This document shows positions 1-12,196 of a stretch of DNA of 64,000 nt, piece after piece. The position numbers and the translations under genes are program-made. The first letter of the stretch is position 1. Each line of letters opens with the position of its first letter. Below the pieces are notes generated by a model. It ran no database searches, was not told where the DNA came from, and worked only from the letters and a program-made list of their open reading frames with translations. The stretch is taken from contig CAVUBF010000008.1 in NCBI GenBank assembly GCA_963739565.1, forward strand, positions 343,234 through 407,233. Reading direction: 5' to 3'. This DNA is from an uncultured delta proteobacterium (lineage in GTDB: Bacteria; Myxococcota; Myxococcia; Myxococcales; Anaeromyxobacteraceae).

Positions 1-619
1 ACGCGACGTGGCGGTCGCCGGCGGCGGGAACTCCGCGGGCCAGGCGGTGGTCCACCTCGCCCGGTACGCGCGGCGCGTCGTGCTCCTGGTGCGCGGCCCG
101 TCGCTCGAGGAGCACATGTCGGACTACCTCGTCCAGGCCATCCGTCGCCTGGGCAACGTGGAGGTGCGCCTCGCCACCGAGATCGTCGGCGTCCTGGGCG
201 ACCACCACGTGGAGGGGCTCAGGGTGCGCGACCGCGCCCGCGCCGTGCTCGAGGACGTCCGGGCCGAGCTTCTGCTCGTGCTCATCGGAGTGCTCCCCCA
301 CAGCGAGTGGCTGGCGGGCGCGGTGGAGTGCGACGATCGCGGCTTCGTCCTGACCGGCGCGGACGTGACGCCGCGCGCGGGCCGGCCGCCGCTCCGTCTC
401 GAGACCAGCATGCCCGGGGTGTTCGCGGCGGGCGACGTGCGGCACGGCTCGGTGAAGCGGGTGGCGTCCGCCGTCGGGGAGGGGGCGATCGCGATCCAGC
501 TCGTGCACGAGTACCTCGCGGGCGGGCGGTCCGAGGGGCGCGCCGCCGCCGCCGTCGCCCACGGCGCGCGTCCGGTCAGCGCGCCTCCGCCCGCCGGGCC
601 TGGGGCGCCGGGCGGGTGA
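1..619 (+). CDS. FAD-dependent oxidoreductase, thioredoxin-reductase family (5'-partial)
   Basis: [18 protein letters not shown]-binding motif and [28 protein letters not shown]-terminal FAD motif; runs off the window start. Confidence 0.85.
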   Translation, partial: RDVAVAGGGNSAGQAVVHLARYARRVVLLVRGPSLEEHMSDYLVQAIRRLGNVEVRLATEIVGVLGDHHVEGLRVRDRARAVLEDVRAELLLVLIGVLPHSEWLAGAVECDDRGFVLTGADVTPRAGRPPLRLETSMPGVFAAGDVRHGSVKRVASAVGEGAIAIQLVHEYLAGGRSEGRAAAAVAHGARPVSAPPPAGPGAPGG

Positions 620-3600
620 AGCGGGGGCGCCGCGACCAGCGATCGAGCGTGAGGTAGACGACCGGCGTCGTGAAGAGCGTCAGCAGCTGCGACAGGATGC
701 AGCCCGCCGACGATGGTGATGCCGAGCGGGCCGGCGCAGCTCCGCGCCCGCGCCGGTGCCGAGCGCGAGCGGGAGCGCGCCGAGGAGCGCCGCCATCGTG
801 GTCATCATGATGGGGCGGAAGCGCAGGAGGCACGCCTGGTAGATCGCGTCGCGGGTGGACAGCCCCTCGTCGCGCTCCGCCTCGATGGCGAAGTCGATCA
901 TCATGATCGCGTTCTTCTTCACGATGCCGATGAGCAGGATGATCGCCGATGAGCGCGATGATGCTGAACTCGGTCCGGAACAGCAGCAGCGCCAGGAGCG
1001 CGCCGACGCCCGCCGACGGCAGCGTGGAGAGGATCGTGACGGGGTGGACGTAGCTCTCGTAGAGCACGCCGAGCACGATGTAGACCGCGACGAGCGCGGC
1101 CAGGATCAGCAACGGCTCGCTCCGCGAGCGAGGCGACGAAGGCCTGCGCCGTGCCCTGCGAACGCGGCGTGGACGCTGGCGGGCAGCCCGATCTGCTGCT
1201 CGCGCCCGGCGGACCGCGTCGAGCGCCTGCCCGAGCGACGACGCCCGGCGCGAGGTTGAAGGAGAGCGTCACCGCCGGGAACTGGCCCTGGTGGTTGACC
1301 GACAGCGACGTCGGCGCCGGGCGTGAAGCGTCGCGATCGACGGCGAGCGGCACCTGGCCGCCCGACGGCGGTCGGCACGTAGATGCTCGTCGAGCGCGTC
1401 GGGGTGCGCCGCGAGCTCGGGCTTCACCTCCAGCACCACGCGGTACTGGTTGAGCTGGGTGAACATCGTCGCGACCTGGCGCTGCCCGAAGGCGTCGTAG
1501 AGCGTGTCGTCGACCAGCTGCGAGGTGATGCCGAGGCGCGAGGCGGTGTCGCGGTCGACGTCACGAGGAGCTGGAGCGCCTGCGGTCTGCTGGTCGCTGG
1601 CGACGTCCCGCAGCTCGGGCAGCGTCCGCAGCTTCTCGAGCATCCGCGGCGCCCACTCGTTCAGCTCGTCGAGGTTCGCGTCCTGGAGCGTGTACTGGTA
1701 CTGGGTGCGCGACGGCGCGGCCGCCCGATCCGCACGTCCTGGACGGACTGCAGGAAGAGGTTGATCCCCGGGACCTGCGCGAGCTTGGGCCGCAGCTCGC
1801 CGATGACCTCGTCGGCGCTCTGCCTGCGCTCGCTCTTGGGCTTCAGCTCGATGAAGACGTTGCCGGTGTTGATCGACCCGAACCCGCCGATGAACGAGAC
1901 CATGCTGTGCGACGGCGGGGTGTGCCAGCACGACCCCGTTCACGAGCTCCTGCCGCGCCCGCATGGCGGGGAACGAGATGTCCTGCGGCGCCTCGGAGAT
2001 GCCGGAGAGCGCGCCGGTGTCCTGCTGCGGGAAGAGCCCCTTCGGCACGACGACGTAGAGCCAGACCGTGACCACCGCCAGCCCCGACCGTCACGACCAG
2101 CATGAGGCCGTGGTGCTCGAGCACCCAGCCGGAGCGCGCGGTCGTAGCCCTCGAGCATCCGCGTCGAAGAAGCGCTCGGAGACCCGGTAGAACCGGCCGT
2201 GGCGCTCCTCGTCGCGCCGGGCGGAGGAGGCGCGACGCCATCATCGGCGTGAGCGTGAGCGAGACGACCGCCGAGATCGCGATGGCGACGCTCAGGGTGA
2301 CCGCGAACTCGCGGAAGAGCCGGCCGACGATCCCGCCCATGAGCAGGATCGGGATGAACACCGCGAGCAGCGAGGCGGTGATCGAGACGATGGTGAAGCC
2401 GATCTGCTCGCGCGCCCTCGAGCGCCGCGCGCGAACGGCGGCTCGCCCGCCTCGATGAAGCGGGTGACGTTCTCGGTGACCACGATGGCGTCGTCGACCA
2501 CGAAGCCCGGTGGAGATGGTGAGCGCCATCAGCGACAGGTTGTCGAGGCTGTAGCCGAGCAGGTACATCCCGCCGAAGGTCGCCGACGAGCGAGAGCGGC
2601 ACGGCCACGCTCGGGATGAGCGGTGGCCCGCGCGCTGCGCAGGAAGACGAAGACCACCAGCACGACCAGGAGCACGCTCAGGAGCAGCGTGACCTCGACG
2701 TCGCGCACCGAGGCGCGGATGGTCTGGCGCCGGTCGATGCGCCACCTGCACGTCGATGGCCGGGGAGATCGAGCTGGTGAGCTGCGGGAGGAGCGCCTTG
2801 CACCCGCTCGATGACGTCGAGGATGTTGGCGCCCGGCTGGCGGCGGATGATCATGACGACCGCGCGCTGCGCCGTCGATCCAGCCGGCGATGCGGTTGTT
2901 CTCGACGTCGTCGACGACGCGCGCCACGTCGCCGAGCCGGACCGGGCGCGCCGTTCGCGGTACGCGATGATGAGCGGCCGGTAGGCCGCGGCGCCGGAAG
3001 AGCTGGTCGTTCGCGGCGATGGCGTGCGCCTGCAGCGGCGCCGCTCAGGCGCGCCCTTCGGCTGGTCGACCGTCGCCTGCGCCGAGCACCGCGCGGACGT
3101 CCTCGAGGCGAGAGCCCCACGCCGGCGAGGCGCCGCCGGATCGACCTGCACGCGCACCGCCGGCTGCTGCCCGCCGCCGACGAACACCTGCCCGACGCCC
3201 GTCCACCTGCGAGATCTTCTGCGCGAGGATCGCGTTGGCGGCGTCGAACACCTGCGAGAGCGGCAGGGTCTCCGAGGTGACGCGACGAGGATGAGGATCG
3301 GCGCGTCGGCCGGGTTCACCTTCCGGTAGTTGGGCCGGGTCGGCAGGTTCGGCGGGCAGGTCGCCGGCCGGCGGCGTTGATGGCGGCCTGCACGTCGCGC
3401 GCGGCGGCGTCGACGTCGCGGTCGAGGTCGAACTGCAGCGTGATGCTGCGTCTGGCCGAGCGAGCTCGACCGAGGTGATCTCGGTGAGCCCGGCGATGCG
3501 GCCGAAGCGCCGCTCGAGCGGCGTCGCCACCGCCGAGGCCATCGTCTCCGGGCTCGCGCCCGGGCAGCGCCGCGCTGACGCTGGATGGTGGGGAAGTCGA

Positions 3601-3719
3601 CGCGCGGCAGCGGCGCGACCGGGAGCTGCGTGTAGGCGGCGCCGCCCGGCGAGGAGGAGCGCCGCCGCGAGGAGCGAGGTCGCGACCGGCCGCCGGATGA
3701 ACGGCTCGGAGATGTTCAC
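576..3719 (-). CDS. mdtC: RND efflux transporter, MdtC-like (many apparent frameshifts)
   Basis: Fragments in several frames: [63 protein letters not shown]; second RND gene of a tandem pair. Confidence 0.85.
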
Positions 3720-6700
3720 GGCGCGGCTCGGCGGCGCGCGCGACGCGGCGGCGCCGCGCGGCTTGCCGCCGCCGGAGCAGCGCGCCGAGCCGCTCCATGT
3801 AGAGGTAGATGACCGGCGTCGTGTAGAGCGTGAGGAGCTGCGAGATGAGGAGCCCGCCGACGATGGTGATGCCGAGCGGGCGGCGCAGCTCGGAGCCGGT
3901 GCCCGGTCCCGAGCGCGAGCGGCAGCCCGCCGAGGAGCGCCGCCAGCGTGGTCATCATGATCGGCCGGAAGCGGAGCAGGCACGCCTGGTAGATCGCCTC
4001 GCGCGGGCGAGAGCCCCTGGTCGCGCTCCGCCTCGAGCGCGAAGTCGATCATCATGATCGCGTTCTTCTTCACGATGCCGATGAGCAGGATGATCCCGAT
4101 GAGCGCGATGATGCTGAACTCGGTGCGGCACGAGCATGAGCGCGAGCAGCGCGCCCACGCCGGCCGAGGGCAGCGTCGAGAGGATCGTGACCGGGTGGAT
4201 GTAGCTCTCGTAGAGCACGCCCAGCACGATGTAGACGGTGAGGAGCGCCGCGAGGATGAGGAGCGGCTCGCTCGCGAGCGACTCGCGGAAGGCCTGCGCC
4301 GTGCCCTGCGAACTCGGCGTGGACGCCGGGCGGCAGGCCGATCTCGCGCTCGGCGCGCGTGGATGGCGTCGACGGCGTCGCCGAGCGACGACGCCGGGCG
4401 CGAGGTTGAACGAGAGCGTCACCGCGGGGAACTGCCCCTGGTGGCTGATCGCGAGCGGCGCGGTGGCGCGCTCGAAGCGCGTGAAGGCCGAGAGCGGGAC
4501 CTGGTCGCCGGCTCGCCGAGCGCACGTAGATGTGCGCGAGCGCGTCGGGGTCCTGCTGGAACTCGGGCTTCACCTCGAGGATGACCCGGTACTGGTTGAG
4601 CTGGGTGAAGATGGTCGAGACCTGGCGCTGGCCGAAGGCGTCGTAGAGCGTGTCGTCGATGGCCTGCGGCGTGGATGCCGAGGCGCGACGGCGGTGTCGC
4701 GGTCGATGTCGAGCGTGAGCTGCAGCCCGCCGCGTCTGCTGATCGCTCGCGACGTCGCGCGAGCTCGGGCAGCGCCTGCAGCCTCGCGAGGACCCGCGGC
4801 GCCCACGTCGCGAGCTCGTCGGGGTCGGCGTCCTCGAGCGTGTACTGGTACTGCGTGCGGCTGACGCGCGGTCTCGATCTGCAGGTCCTGCACCGGCCTG
4901 CAGGTAGAGCGCGATGCCCTCCACCGTCGCCGAGCTTCGCGTCTGCAGGCGGGCGATGATCTCGGCGGCGCTCGCCGTCGCGCTCGGTCGCGCGGCTTCA
5001 GCGCGATCGAGAGGCGCCCGCTGTTCACGGTCGGGTTCGTGCCGTCGGCGCCGATGAACGACGCCACCGTGGCGACGTCGGGATCCGCCAGCACGACCTC
5101 GGCGGCGGCCCGCTGGCGCTCCATCATGCTCGCGAACGAGACGTCGGGCGGCGCCTCGCGTGACGCCGACGATGAGGCCGGTGTCCTGCTGCGGGAAGAA
5201 GCCCTTCGGGACGACGACCGCGAGCACGCCGGTGAAGCGCGAGGGTCGCGAGCGTGACGGCGAGCGTGAGGCGCTGGTGCTCGAGCACCCAGCGCGAGCG
5301 TGCGGTCGTAGACGCGCGAGCATGCCGGTCGAAGCCGCGCTCGAAGGCGCGCGCGAGCGCGTTCGGCTCCTCGTGCGGCCGCAGCAGGTGGGCGCACATC
5401 ATCGGCGGTGAGCGTGAGCGAGAGCACCGCCGAGACGCCGATGGCGATCGCCAGCGTGACCGCGAACTCGCGGAAGAGCCGGCCGATGATGCCGCCCATG
5501 AACAGCAGCGGGATGAGCACCGCGACCAGCGACACCGTGAGGGACACGATGGTGAAGCCGATCTGCTTCGCGCCCTTCAGCGCCGCCTCGAAGGGCGCCT
5601 CGCCCTCCTCGACGTAGCGGGCGATGTTCTCGATCATGACGATGGCGTCGTCGACGACGAAGCCGGTCGAGATGGTGAGCGCCATCAGCGACAGGTTGTT
5701 GAGGCTGTAGCCGAACAGGTACATCACGCCGAAGGTGCCGACGAGCGAGAGCGGCACCGCGACGCCGGGGATGATGGTGGCGCGCAGCTGCGCAGGAACA
5801 CGTAGATCACCGCCACGACCAGCACGATGGTCAGCACGCAGCGTGAACTGCACGTCGTCGACCGAGGCGCGCACCGTCTCGGTGCGGTCGCGAGAGGATC
5901 GTCACCGTCGATGCCCTGCGGGAGCACGGCGGCGAGAGCTGCGGCAGGAGCGCCTTCACGCGCTCGGCGACCTCGATGACGTTGGCGCCGGGCTGGCGCT
6001 GCACGTTGAGGATGATGGCGCGCTTCGTCCCCGGCCCAGCCGGCGAGCTGCGTCGTTCTCGACGCCGTCGACGACGTCCGCCACGTCGCCGGAGGCGGAC
6101 GGGCGCGCCGTTCCGGTAGGCGAGGATGAGCGGGCCGGAAGCTCGGCGCCTTGAACGAGCTGATCGTTCGTCGCGATCGTGTAGTCCTGGCGCGGGCCGT
6201 CGAGGTTGCCCTTGGGCTGGTTGACGTTGGCCGCGACCAGCGACGCTGCCGCACGTCCTCGAGCGCGAGGCCGGCGCCGGCGAGCGCGGCGGGATCGACC
6301 TGGACGCGCACCGCCGGCTTCTGGCCGCCGTTGATCGTGACCAGGCCGACGCCCGAGACCTGCGAGATCTTCTGCGCGAGGATCGAGTCGGCGTAGTCGT
6401 CGACCTGGTCGAGCGGGCAGCGTGTCCGAGCTGACCGCGAGCGTGAGGATCGGCGTGTCGGCCGGGTTGCTCTTGCTGTAGGTGGGCGGCGCGGGCAGCG
6501 TGCGCGGCAGCAGGTTCGACGCGGCGTTGATGGCCGCCTGCACGTCCTGCTCGGCGGCGTCGATGTTGCGGTCGAGGGTGAACTGCAGCGTGATCTGCGA
6601 GCTGCCGAAGCTCGACACCGACGTCATCTGCGAGAGCGACGGCATCTGCCCGAACTGCCGCTCGAGCGGCGTCGTCACCGCCGAGGCCATCGTCTCGGCG

Positions 6701-6864
6701 CTCGCGCCCGGGAGCGAGGTCGAGACGACGATGGTCGGGTAGTCGACCTGCGGCAGCGCCGAGACCGGCAGCTGCCGGTAGCCGACGAGGCCCGCGAGCA
6801 GCAGGCCGATCATCAGCAGCGTCGTGGCGACCGGCCGCCGGATGAACGGCTCGGAGATGCTCAT
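3716..6864 (-). CDS. mdtB: RND efflux transporter, MdtB-like (many apparent frameshifts)
   Basis: [70 protein letters not shown]; stop overlaps the mdtC start (GTGA). Confidence 0.85.
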
Positions 6865-8191
6865 CGGCCCTGCGCCTGGCCCGGGGCCGGCCCTGCACCG
6901 GGTCCTGGCGCCCCGCCGGGCGTCTGACCCGGGCCGCTCGACGCCGCCGCGGCGGCCCGGCCGGCGGCCGGGCTCTCGCCGCTGGCCCGGCTCGCGCGCC
7001 GCGACCTTCGCTCCCGGCCCGCAGCTGGTTCTGCCCGTCGACGACGACCCGCTCGCCCTGCTCGACGCCCGTGGCCGATCAGCGCCAGATCGCCCTGGTC
7101 GCGCTCGACCTCGACCGGCCGCGGCGCGACCGTCGCGTCGGCGCCGACGACGTAGACGAACGTGCCGCTCGGGCCGCGCTGGACCGCCGGTCGCCGGACG
7201 ACCAGCGCGCCCTTGCGCGTCGCGAGCAGAGGCGCGCCTTCACGAACTGGTTGGGCCACAGCACGCGCCGCGGGTTCGGGAACACCGCCTTGAGCCGGAT
7301 CGTGGCGGTGGCCTGGTTGATCTGGTTGTCGATGAGCGCGAGCTCGCCCGTGCCGAGCTGGGTCGTGCCGTCGCGGCTGAAGGCGTCGACCGCGAGCGTG
7401 CCCGCGCGCCATCTGCCTCGACGACGGCGGGCAGGTCGTCCTGCGGCAGCGTGAAGAGCACGGCGATCGGGATCGAGCTGGGTGACGACCACGATGCCGC
7501 TCGGGTCGGTGGCGTGGACGAGGTTGCCCGGGTCGACGAGGCGGACGCCGGTGACGCCGTCGATCGGCGAGGTGATGCGGCGTAGTCGAGGTTGAGCCGC
7601 GCCGTCTCGATCGGCCGCGTCGTCGATCCGGACCGCGCCCTCGAGCTGCCCGACCGAGCGCCTGCCTGATCGTCGACCTGCTGCTGCGCGATGAGCTTCT
7701 CCGCTGGCGAGCGTCGCGGTAGCGCTCGAGGTTGCAGGCGCGCGCTCGCGAGCTGCGCCTCGTCGCGCGCCAGCGCGCCCTCCGCCTGGTGGAGCTGGGT
7801 CTGGAACGGCCGCGGATCGATCTGCGCGAGCACCTCGCCCTGCGTGCACCGGCTGCCCCTCGCGGAAGAGGACCTGGTCGAGCCGCCCGTCGACCTGCGA
7901 GCGCACCGTGACGGTGCGGTAGGCGACGACGCTGCCGAGCCCGTCGAGCGTCACCGGGACGTCGCGGCGCGCGACGGGCGCGGCGGTCACCGGGACCGTG
8001 CGCGTCGCCTGGGGATCGGGCCCGCGCCGCGCCGGCGCGGACGGGGTCGAGCTCCGGCGCACCGCCCAGAACGCGGCGCCGAGGGCGACGATCCCGGCCG
8101 CGACCAGGATCCACCTGCGGCGGGACGAGGGTCGCGCCGCGCCCGGGGGGTGGGCCGGCTCGTCGGAGGGAGGATGCGGCACGGGCTCCAT
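6861..8191 (-). CDS. mdtA: RND periplasmic adaptor (MFP), MdtA-like (frameshifted)
   Basis: N-terminal TM segment, TVTVRSQVDGRL, ITSPIDGVTGVRLVDPGNLV, IDNQINQATATIRLKAVFPN..LWPNQFV; ATGA overlap with mdtB. Confidence 0.85.
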
Positions 8192-8199
8192 GGAGGACC

Positions 8200-8661
8200 T
8201 CAAGGTGGGGACGACCGGCCGTCCCGGGCGCTGGCGCGCCGGTCGAGGCCGTCGAGGTTGGCGACGACGCGCTGCAGCCCGGCGGTGAGCGCCGCGATCT
8301 CCTCCGCGGTCATCCCCGCGACCACCGCGTCGCGGATCTCGCGGGCGAGGGGGGCGAGCTCCCGCGCCAGCCGCCTGCCGGCCGGGGTGAGGCTGAGGCA
8401 GGACCTCCGCCGGTCGCCGGGAGCGGGATCCGCTCGCACGAGCCCCCGCTCCGCGAGCGTCGCGAGGGCGCGCGAGACCGCGGGCGGGTCCGCCCGGACG
8501 CGCGCCGCAATCTCCGCCTGCGACGCGCCGGGGCTCTCCTCCACCGCGATCACGAGCCAGAACTGCTGCGCGCTGAGCTGCCGCCCGGCGATGCGGGCCA
8601 GCACCGCCTGCTTGATCGCGCGGCGCGCCGCCGCGATGAGGATCCCCGGGTAAGGTTGCAT
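8200..8661 (-). CDS. MarR-family transcriptional regulator
   Basis: LSAQQFWLV..SQAEIA..DPPAVSRALATLAERGLV..DRRRSCLSLTPAG winged-helix signature; first gene of the efflux operon. Confidence 0.9.
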   Translation of the reverse strand: MQPYPGILIAAARRAIKQAVLARIAGRQLSAQQFWLVIAVEESPGASQAEIAARVRADPPAVSRALATLAERGLVRADPAPGDRRRSCLSLTPAGRRLARELAPLAREIRDAVVAGMTAEEIAALTAGLQRVVANLDGLDRRASARDGRSSPP

Positions 8662-8683
8662 ATGCAATCGTTTCCGATGCAAC
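8655..8683. promoter_or_regulatory. Putative MarR operator
   Basis: Perfect palindrome TTGCATATGCAA (8656-8667) over the marR ATG, plus an adjacent imperfect inverted repeat TGCAATCG-TTTC-CGATGCAA; AT-rich island in GC-rich DNA. Confidence 0.6.
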
Positions 8684-8849
8684 TAGCCACCGGCGGGGGG
8701 AAGCGCAACCGGGGCCCCGTCCGGGGTGGCCGGTCGGGATGGCGCGTCGCGCCCGCGCGCGCCCCTCCCCTGGGGTACCCGTGAAAGGGCGAGGGCGTCA
8801 CGGACCGTGCGAGGACGGGCCGCGCGGCCTCTGGCATGCTCGAAGCCGC

Positions 8850-9425
8850 ATGCTCGAGTCCGACTACGTCACCCTCGTCGAGCAGGCCCCGATCCTGATC
8901 TGGCGGGCCGATCTCACGATGGGCTGCGACTACTTCAACGAGCGCTGGCTCGCGTTCACCGGCCGCACCCTCGCCCAGGAGCGCGGGAACGGCTGGGCCG
9001 AGGGCGTCCACCCGGACGACCTCCAGCGCTGCCTCGACGTCTACACCTCCGCGTTCGGCGAGCGGCGCCCCTTCGAGATGCAGTACCGGCTCCGCCGCCA
9101 CGACGGCGTGTGGCGGTGGATCCTGGACCGGGGCGCGCCGTTCCGGGACGGAGCCGGCGAGTTCGCCGGGTACATCGGGAGCTGCGTCGACGTGACCGAG
9201 CGGGTCGAGGCCGAGCGCGCCCTCGCGATCCTCCGCGAGAAGGAGCTCGGTGAGCTGCGGGAGCTCCGGGAGCTCATCCCAATCTGCTCGTACTGCAAGA
9301 AGGTCCGCGACGACGACGGCTTCTGGCAGCGCGTCGAGACCTACGTCGCGGCGGTGACGCACCGCCAGTTCACGCACGGCCTCTGCCAGGAGTGCCTGGA
9401 GCGGCACTTCCCCGAGGTCCGCTGA
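8850..9425 (+). CDS. PAS/PAC protein with C-terminal CxxC..CxxC domain
   Basis: YFNERWLAFTG..GWAEGVHPDD..YRLRRHDGVWRWILDRG..GYIGSCVDVTE, then IPICSYCKKVRDDDGFWQ..HGLCQEC. Confidence 0.85.
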   Translation: MLESDYVTLVEQAPILIWRADLTMGCDYFNERWLAFTGRTLAQERGNGWAEGVHPDDLQRCLDVYTSAFGERRPFEMQYRLRRHDGVWRWILDRGAPFRDGAGEFAGYIGSCVDVTERVEAERALAILREKELGELRELRELIPICSYCKKVRDDDGFWQRVETYVAAVTHRQFTHGLCQECLERHFPEVR

Positions 9426-9452
9426 GGGCTCACCCGGCCTTGGGCCGCTGGA

Positions 9453-10298
9453 TCACCGCGGGTGAGCGCGGCGCGTCGCTTCTCCCTGCTCGTCATGGAG
9501 GCTCACTGGCGTCGATGTGGGTCGCGCGGACACCCGCTCGAACCTGCGCGCGAGCGCCTCCACCCGCGCCACGTAGCTCGCCACGTCGTGCTCGCCGCAC
9601 CGCTCGCCCGGGAGGATCCAGAACCCACGCCGGGCGAGCTCGGCCGCTCGCGCCCGCCCGCAGAGGTGGACCACCGCCGCGAGCCGGCGCACCTGCTCCG
9701 GCGAGAGCCGCCGGATCCGCCGCTGCGCGGAGATCTCCCGGATGGATGCGTCGAGCCACGCCGAGGTCATCTCGACGGCGTCCCCGGGGAGCACGCGGGC
9801 GTAGAGCCCGTTCAGCCAGCAGGCCCGCGGGTCGTGCCACGGCCCCTCCCGCGCGACCTCGTGGCCGTGGACGCAGAGCCGCCGGGCGTCCTCGAGGTTG
9901 CCGTCGGTCATCTGCAGGAGCCCGACCGCGCTCGAGGCGGGGCCGTACAGGTCGAGCGGGTTCACGCTCCAGCGGAAGCGCCAGGGCGGGCTCGCCAGCG
10001 GATCGCCGCCGCTCTCCGCCTGCGCGAGCGCCGCGAGCAGCTCGGGGCGGATGAGCGCGGTCGCGTGCGCCTCGAAGAGCGGGCGGTAGTCCTCCCAGGT
10101 CGACTCGGGCGCCTTCGGCGCCCGCGGCACGACGACCGCGAGGAGCTCGGTGGGCTTGCGCGCGACCTGGTAGACGACGGTGCCCGCCGCGAGGGCGGCG
10201 AGGGCGAGGAGGACCCCGGCGACGCGCGGGAGCCGCCGGAGGCGGCGCACGAGTCGCCGCGCCGCTCGTCCGGACCGGATCCAGCGTGTCTCGCGCAC
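9453..10298 (-). CDS. Membrane-anchored lytic transglycosylase (SLT domain)
   Basis: TM segment, then LLAALAQAESGGDP (catalytic ES) and SSAVGLLQM motifs; GTG start inferred. Confidence 0.75.
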   Translation of the reverse strand: MRETRWIRSGRAARRLVRRLRRLPRVAGVLLALAALAAGTVVYQVARKPTELLAVVVPRAPKAPESTWEDYRPLFEAHATALIRPELLAALAQAESGGDPLASPPWRFRWSVNPLDLYGPASSAVGLLQMTDGNLEDARRLCVHGHEVAREGPWHDPRACWLNGLYARVLPGDAVEMTSAWLDASIREISAQRRIRRLSPEQVRRLAAVVHLCGRARAAELARRGFWILPGERCGEHDVASYVARVEALARRFERVSARPTSTPVSLHDEQGEATRRAHPR

Positions 10299-10460
10299 GG
10301 GGAGAAGCACAGCAAGAGCTCTTGCCGGAAAGCCAGGACCCACTCCGTGCGCGGGAACCCCGGGGATCCGCGGGGTTGGCGGCCGCATCCTCACGGACGC
10401 CGGCGCCGGGAGCGCCCGCGTGTCCCCCGGGCCACGCGGCGGTGTGTTCGCGCGCCCCTT

Positions 10461-10509
10461 CCTCCCTCGCCCCCGGCGCCAGCCGGGGGAGAGGGCCGGG
10501 GAGAGGGGG
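10461..10509. repeat. REP-like palindromic element, copy 1
   Basis: CCTCCCTCGCCCCCGG..CCGGGGGAGAGGGCCGGGGAGAGGGG; similar to 59385-59430 and 61344-61387. Confidence 0.65.
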
Positions 10510-10525
10510 CGGACGCGCGGTAGTT

Positions 10526-11183
10526 TCAGCGATCGGGCTCGACGCGCACCCCACCGTAGGCGCGCGGATCGAGGCCGTGCCGGTACGCGACGCTGATCCG
10601 GGGCCCCGCCCGCGCGACCTTGGGGATCGAGTGCTCCCACGTCCGCGTGGTCGCGCCGCCGGTGACGAGGAGAATCCCCGCGGCCGAGCCAGAACGCGAT
10701 GGACGTCCCGCCGCCCTTCGGCCGGATCAGGAACTTCCGTGGCTCGCCGAGCGAGAGGAGCGCGATGACGGGGTCGGGGATGACCTTGTCAATCCGGTCG
10801 ACGTGCCAGGCGACGGAGTCACGGCCGTCCCGGTAGAGGTTGAAGCCCACGGAGTCGAAGAGGACGCAGTAGCGGGCGGAGAGCGCGAGGCGGGCTGATT
10901 CGAGGACCGCCGGCTCGAGCGCGTCGCCGGAGCCGAGGCTCCACGGAGACGTGAGCCGCGGCTCGCGGACGCGGCGGTCGTACATCCGGCGCGTCCGCTC
11001 CGCCCATGGCCGCGTCCGCACCACCTCCGCGAAGAGTACGTCCGAGCCGCGCATCCAGCCCGGCGCGTGGTCGATCCAGCTCGAGGCGTCGAGGTGGATC
11101 CGCTCCGTGGTCGCGAAGGCACGGTCGAACCCGACCGGCGCGCCGTCGAAGAGCGAGGGCTGGAAGGCGAGGTCCGGCTCCAC
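10526..11183 (-). CDS. AlkB-family 2OG-Fe(II) dioxygenase (one frameshift near 10680)
   Basis: NLYRDGRDSVAWHVD (HxD), WEHSIPK, PRISVAYR. Confidence 0.8.
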
Positions 11184-11266
11184 CCCGGAGCGATAACGGG
11201 CCCGTTCGCGCGCCGCCGCGCGCTGCCGGCGCGCCCGGCCGGTCCACGGTCCGCCAGGGCGCCGAG

Positions 11267-12196
11267 CTACGCGCGCGGCAGCCGCGCCACCAGCGACTCC
11301 GTGGCCTCCCAGAGGCGGGCGGCGAGGGCGGGGTCCTCGGCGTCGGGGCGCGGGGACGCGACGTTGCAGTCGGCGAGGTAGGCGCCGGAGACGGCGGCGG
11401 CGCCGGGGTGGACGGCCGCCCAGGTCTGGGTCGCCGCGCCCTGCGGGACGGTCTTGAGGACGAGCGGCGCCGCGAGCCCGAGGACGACCTGGGCGACCCG
11501 CGGCATGTGGCGGCCGAGGTTGGTCTGGATGACGCCGGGGTGGACGGCGTTCGCGGTCTGCCGGGTCCCGGCGAGGCGCCGCGCCAGCTCCTTCGCGAAG
11601 AGGAGGTTCGCGAGCTTCGACTGGCCGTAGTGGGTCCAGGGCGAGTAGCTCGACTCCGCGCCGAGGTCGTCGAAGCGGATCCCCTCGCGCGGCGCGCGCC
11701 GGTGCGCGTCGCTGCTCAGCATCACGACCCGGCCGGCCTCGGCGAGCCGGTCGAGCAGGCCCGTCACGAGGATGAAGTGGCCGACGTGGTTCGTGAAGAG
11801 CTGCAGCTCGATCCCGAAGGCGACCTCGCGCCGAGGCAGCGCCATGATCCCGGCGTTGCACACGATCCCGTCGAGCCGCTGGCCGAGCCGCCGCACCTCG
11901 GCGACGCAGGCTCGGACGCTCGCGGGGTCCGACAGCTCGCAGGCGAGCGGGATCGCCCGGCCCGCGCCTGCGACGTCGCAGGCGGCCCGCGCCTTCTCCG
12001 CGGTGCGGGCGGTGCCGAGCACCGTCGCCCCCCGGCGCGCCAGGACCCGGAGCGTCTCGAGCCCGAGCCCCGAGGTGCAGCCGGTGACGAGGACGGTCCG
12101 GCCCTGGAGCGGGAGCCCTTCCGTCACCTCGTCGGCGGTGGAGCCGTAGCCGAACCCGCTCGGACCGCGTCCCTTCAGCATGGCGTAGAGCGACAT
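11267..12196 (-). CDS. SDR oxidoreductase (retinol-DH/WWOX-like)
   Basis: VTGCTSGLG, NAGIMA, NHVGHF, YGQSK (YxxxK), AVHPGVI. Confidence 0.9.
   Translation of the reverse strand: MSLYAMLKGRGPSGFGYGSTADEVTEGLPLQGRTVLVTGCTSGLGLETLRVLARRGATVLGTARTAEKARAACDVAGAGRAIPLACELSDPASVRACVAEVRRLGQRLDGIVCNAGIMALPRREVAFGIELQLFTNHVGHFILVTGLLDRLAEAGRVVMLSSDAHRRAPREGIRFDDLGAESSYSPWTHYGQSKLANLLFAKELARRLAGTRQTANAVHPGVIQTNLGRHMPRVAQVVLGLAAPLVLKTVPQGAATQTWAAVHPGAAAVSGAYLADCNVASPRPDAEDPALAARLWEATESLVARLPRA

Noticed and set aside
760-4260. Near-identical DNA blocks at about 760-1080 and 3930-4230 as a recent duplication
   Set aside because: Explained by paralogy of the MdtB and MdtC C-terminal TM regions
576-8191. 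Programmed frameshifting or true pseudogenes in mdtABC
   Set aside because: Numerous scattered indels without slippery sites, and similar breaks in essential genes
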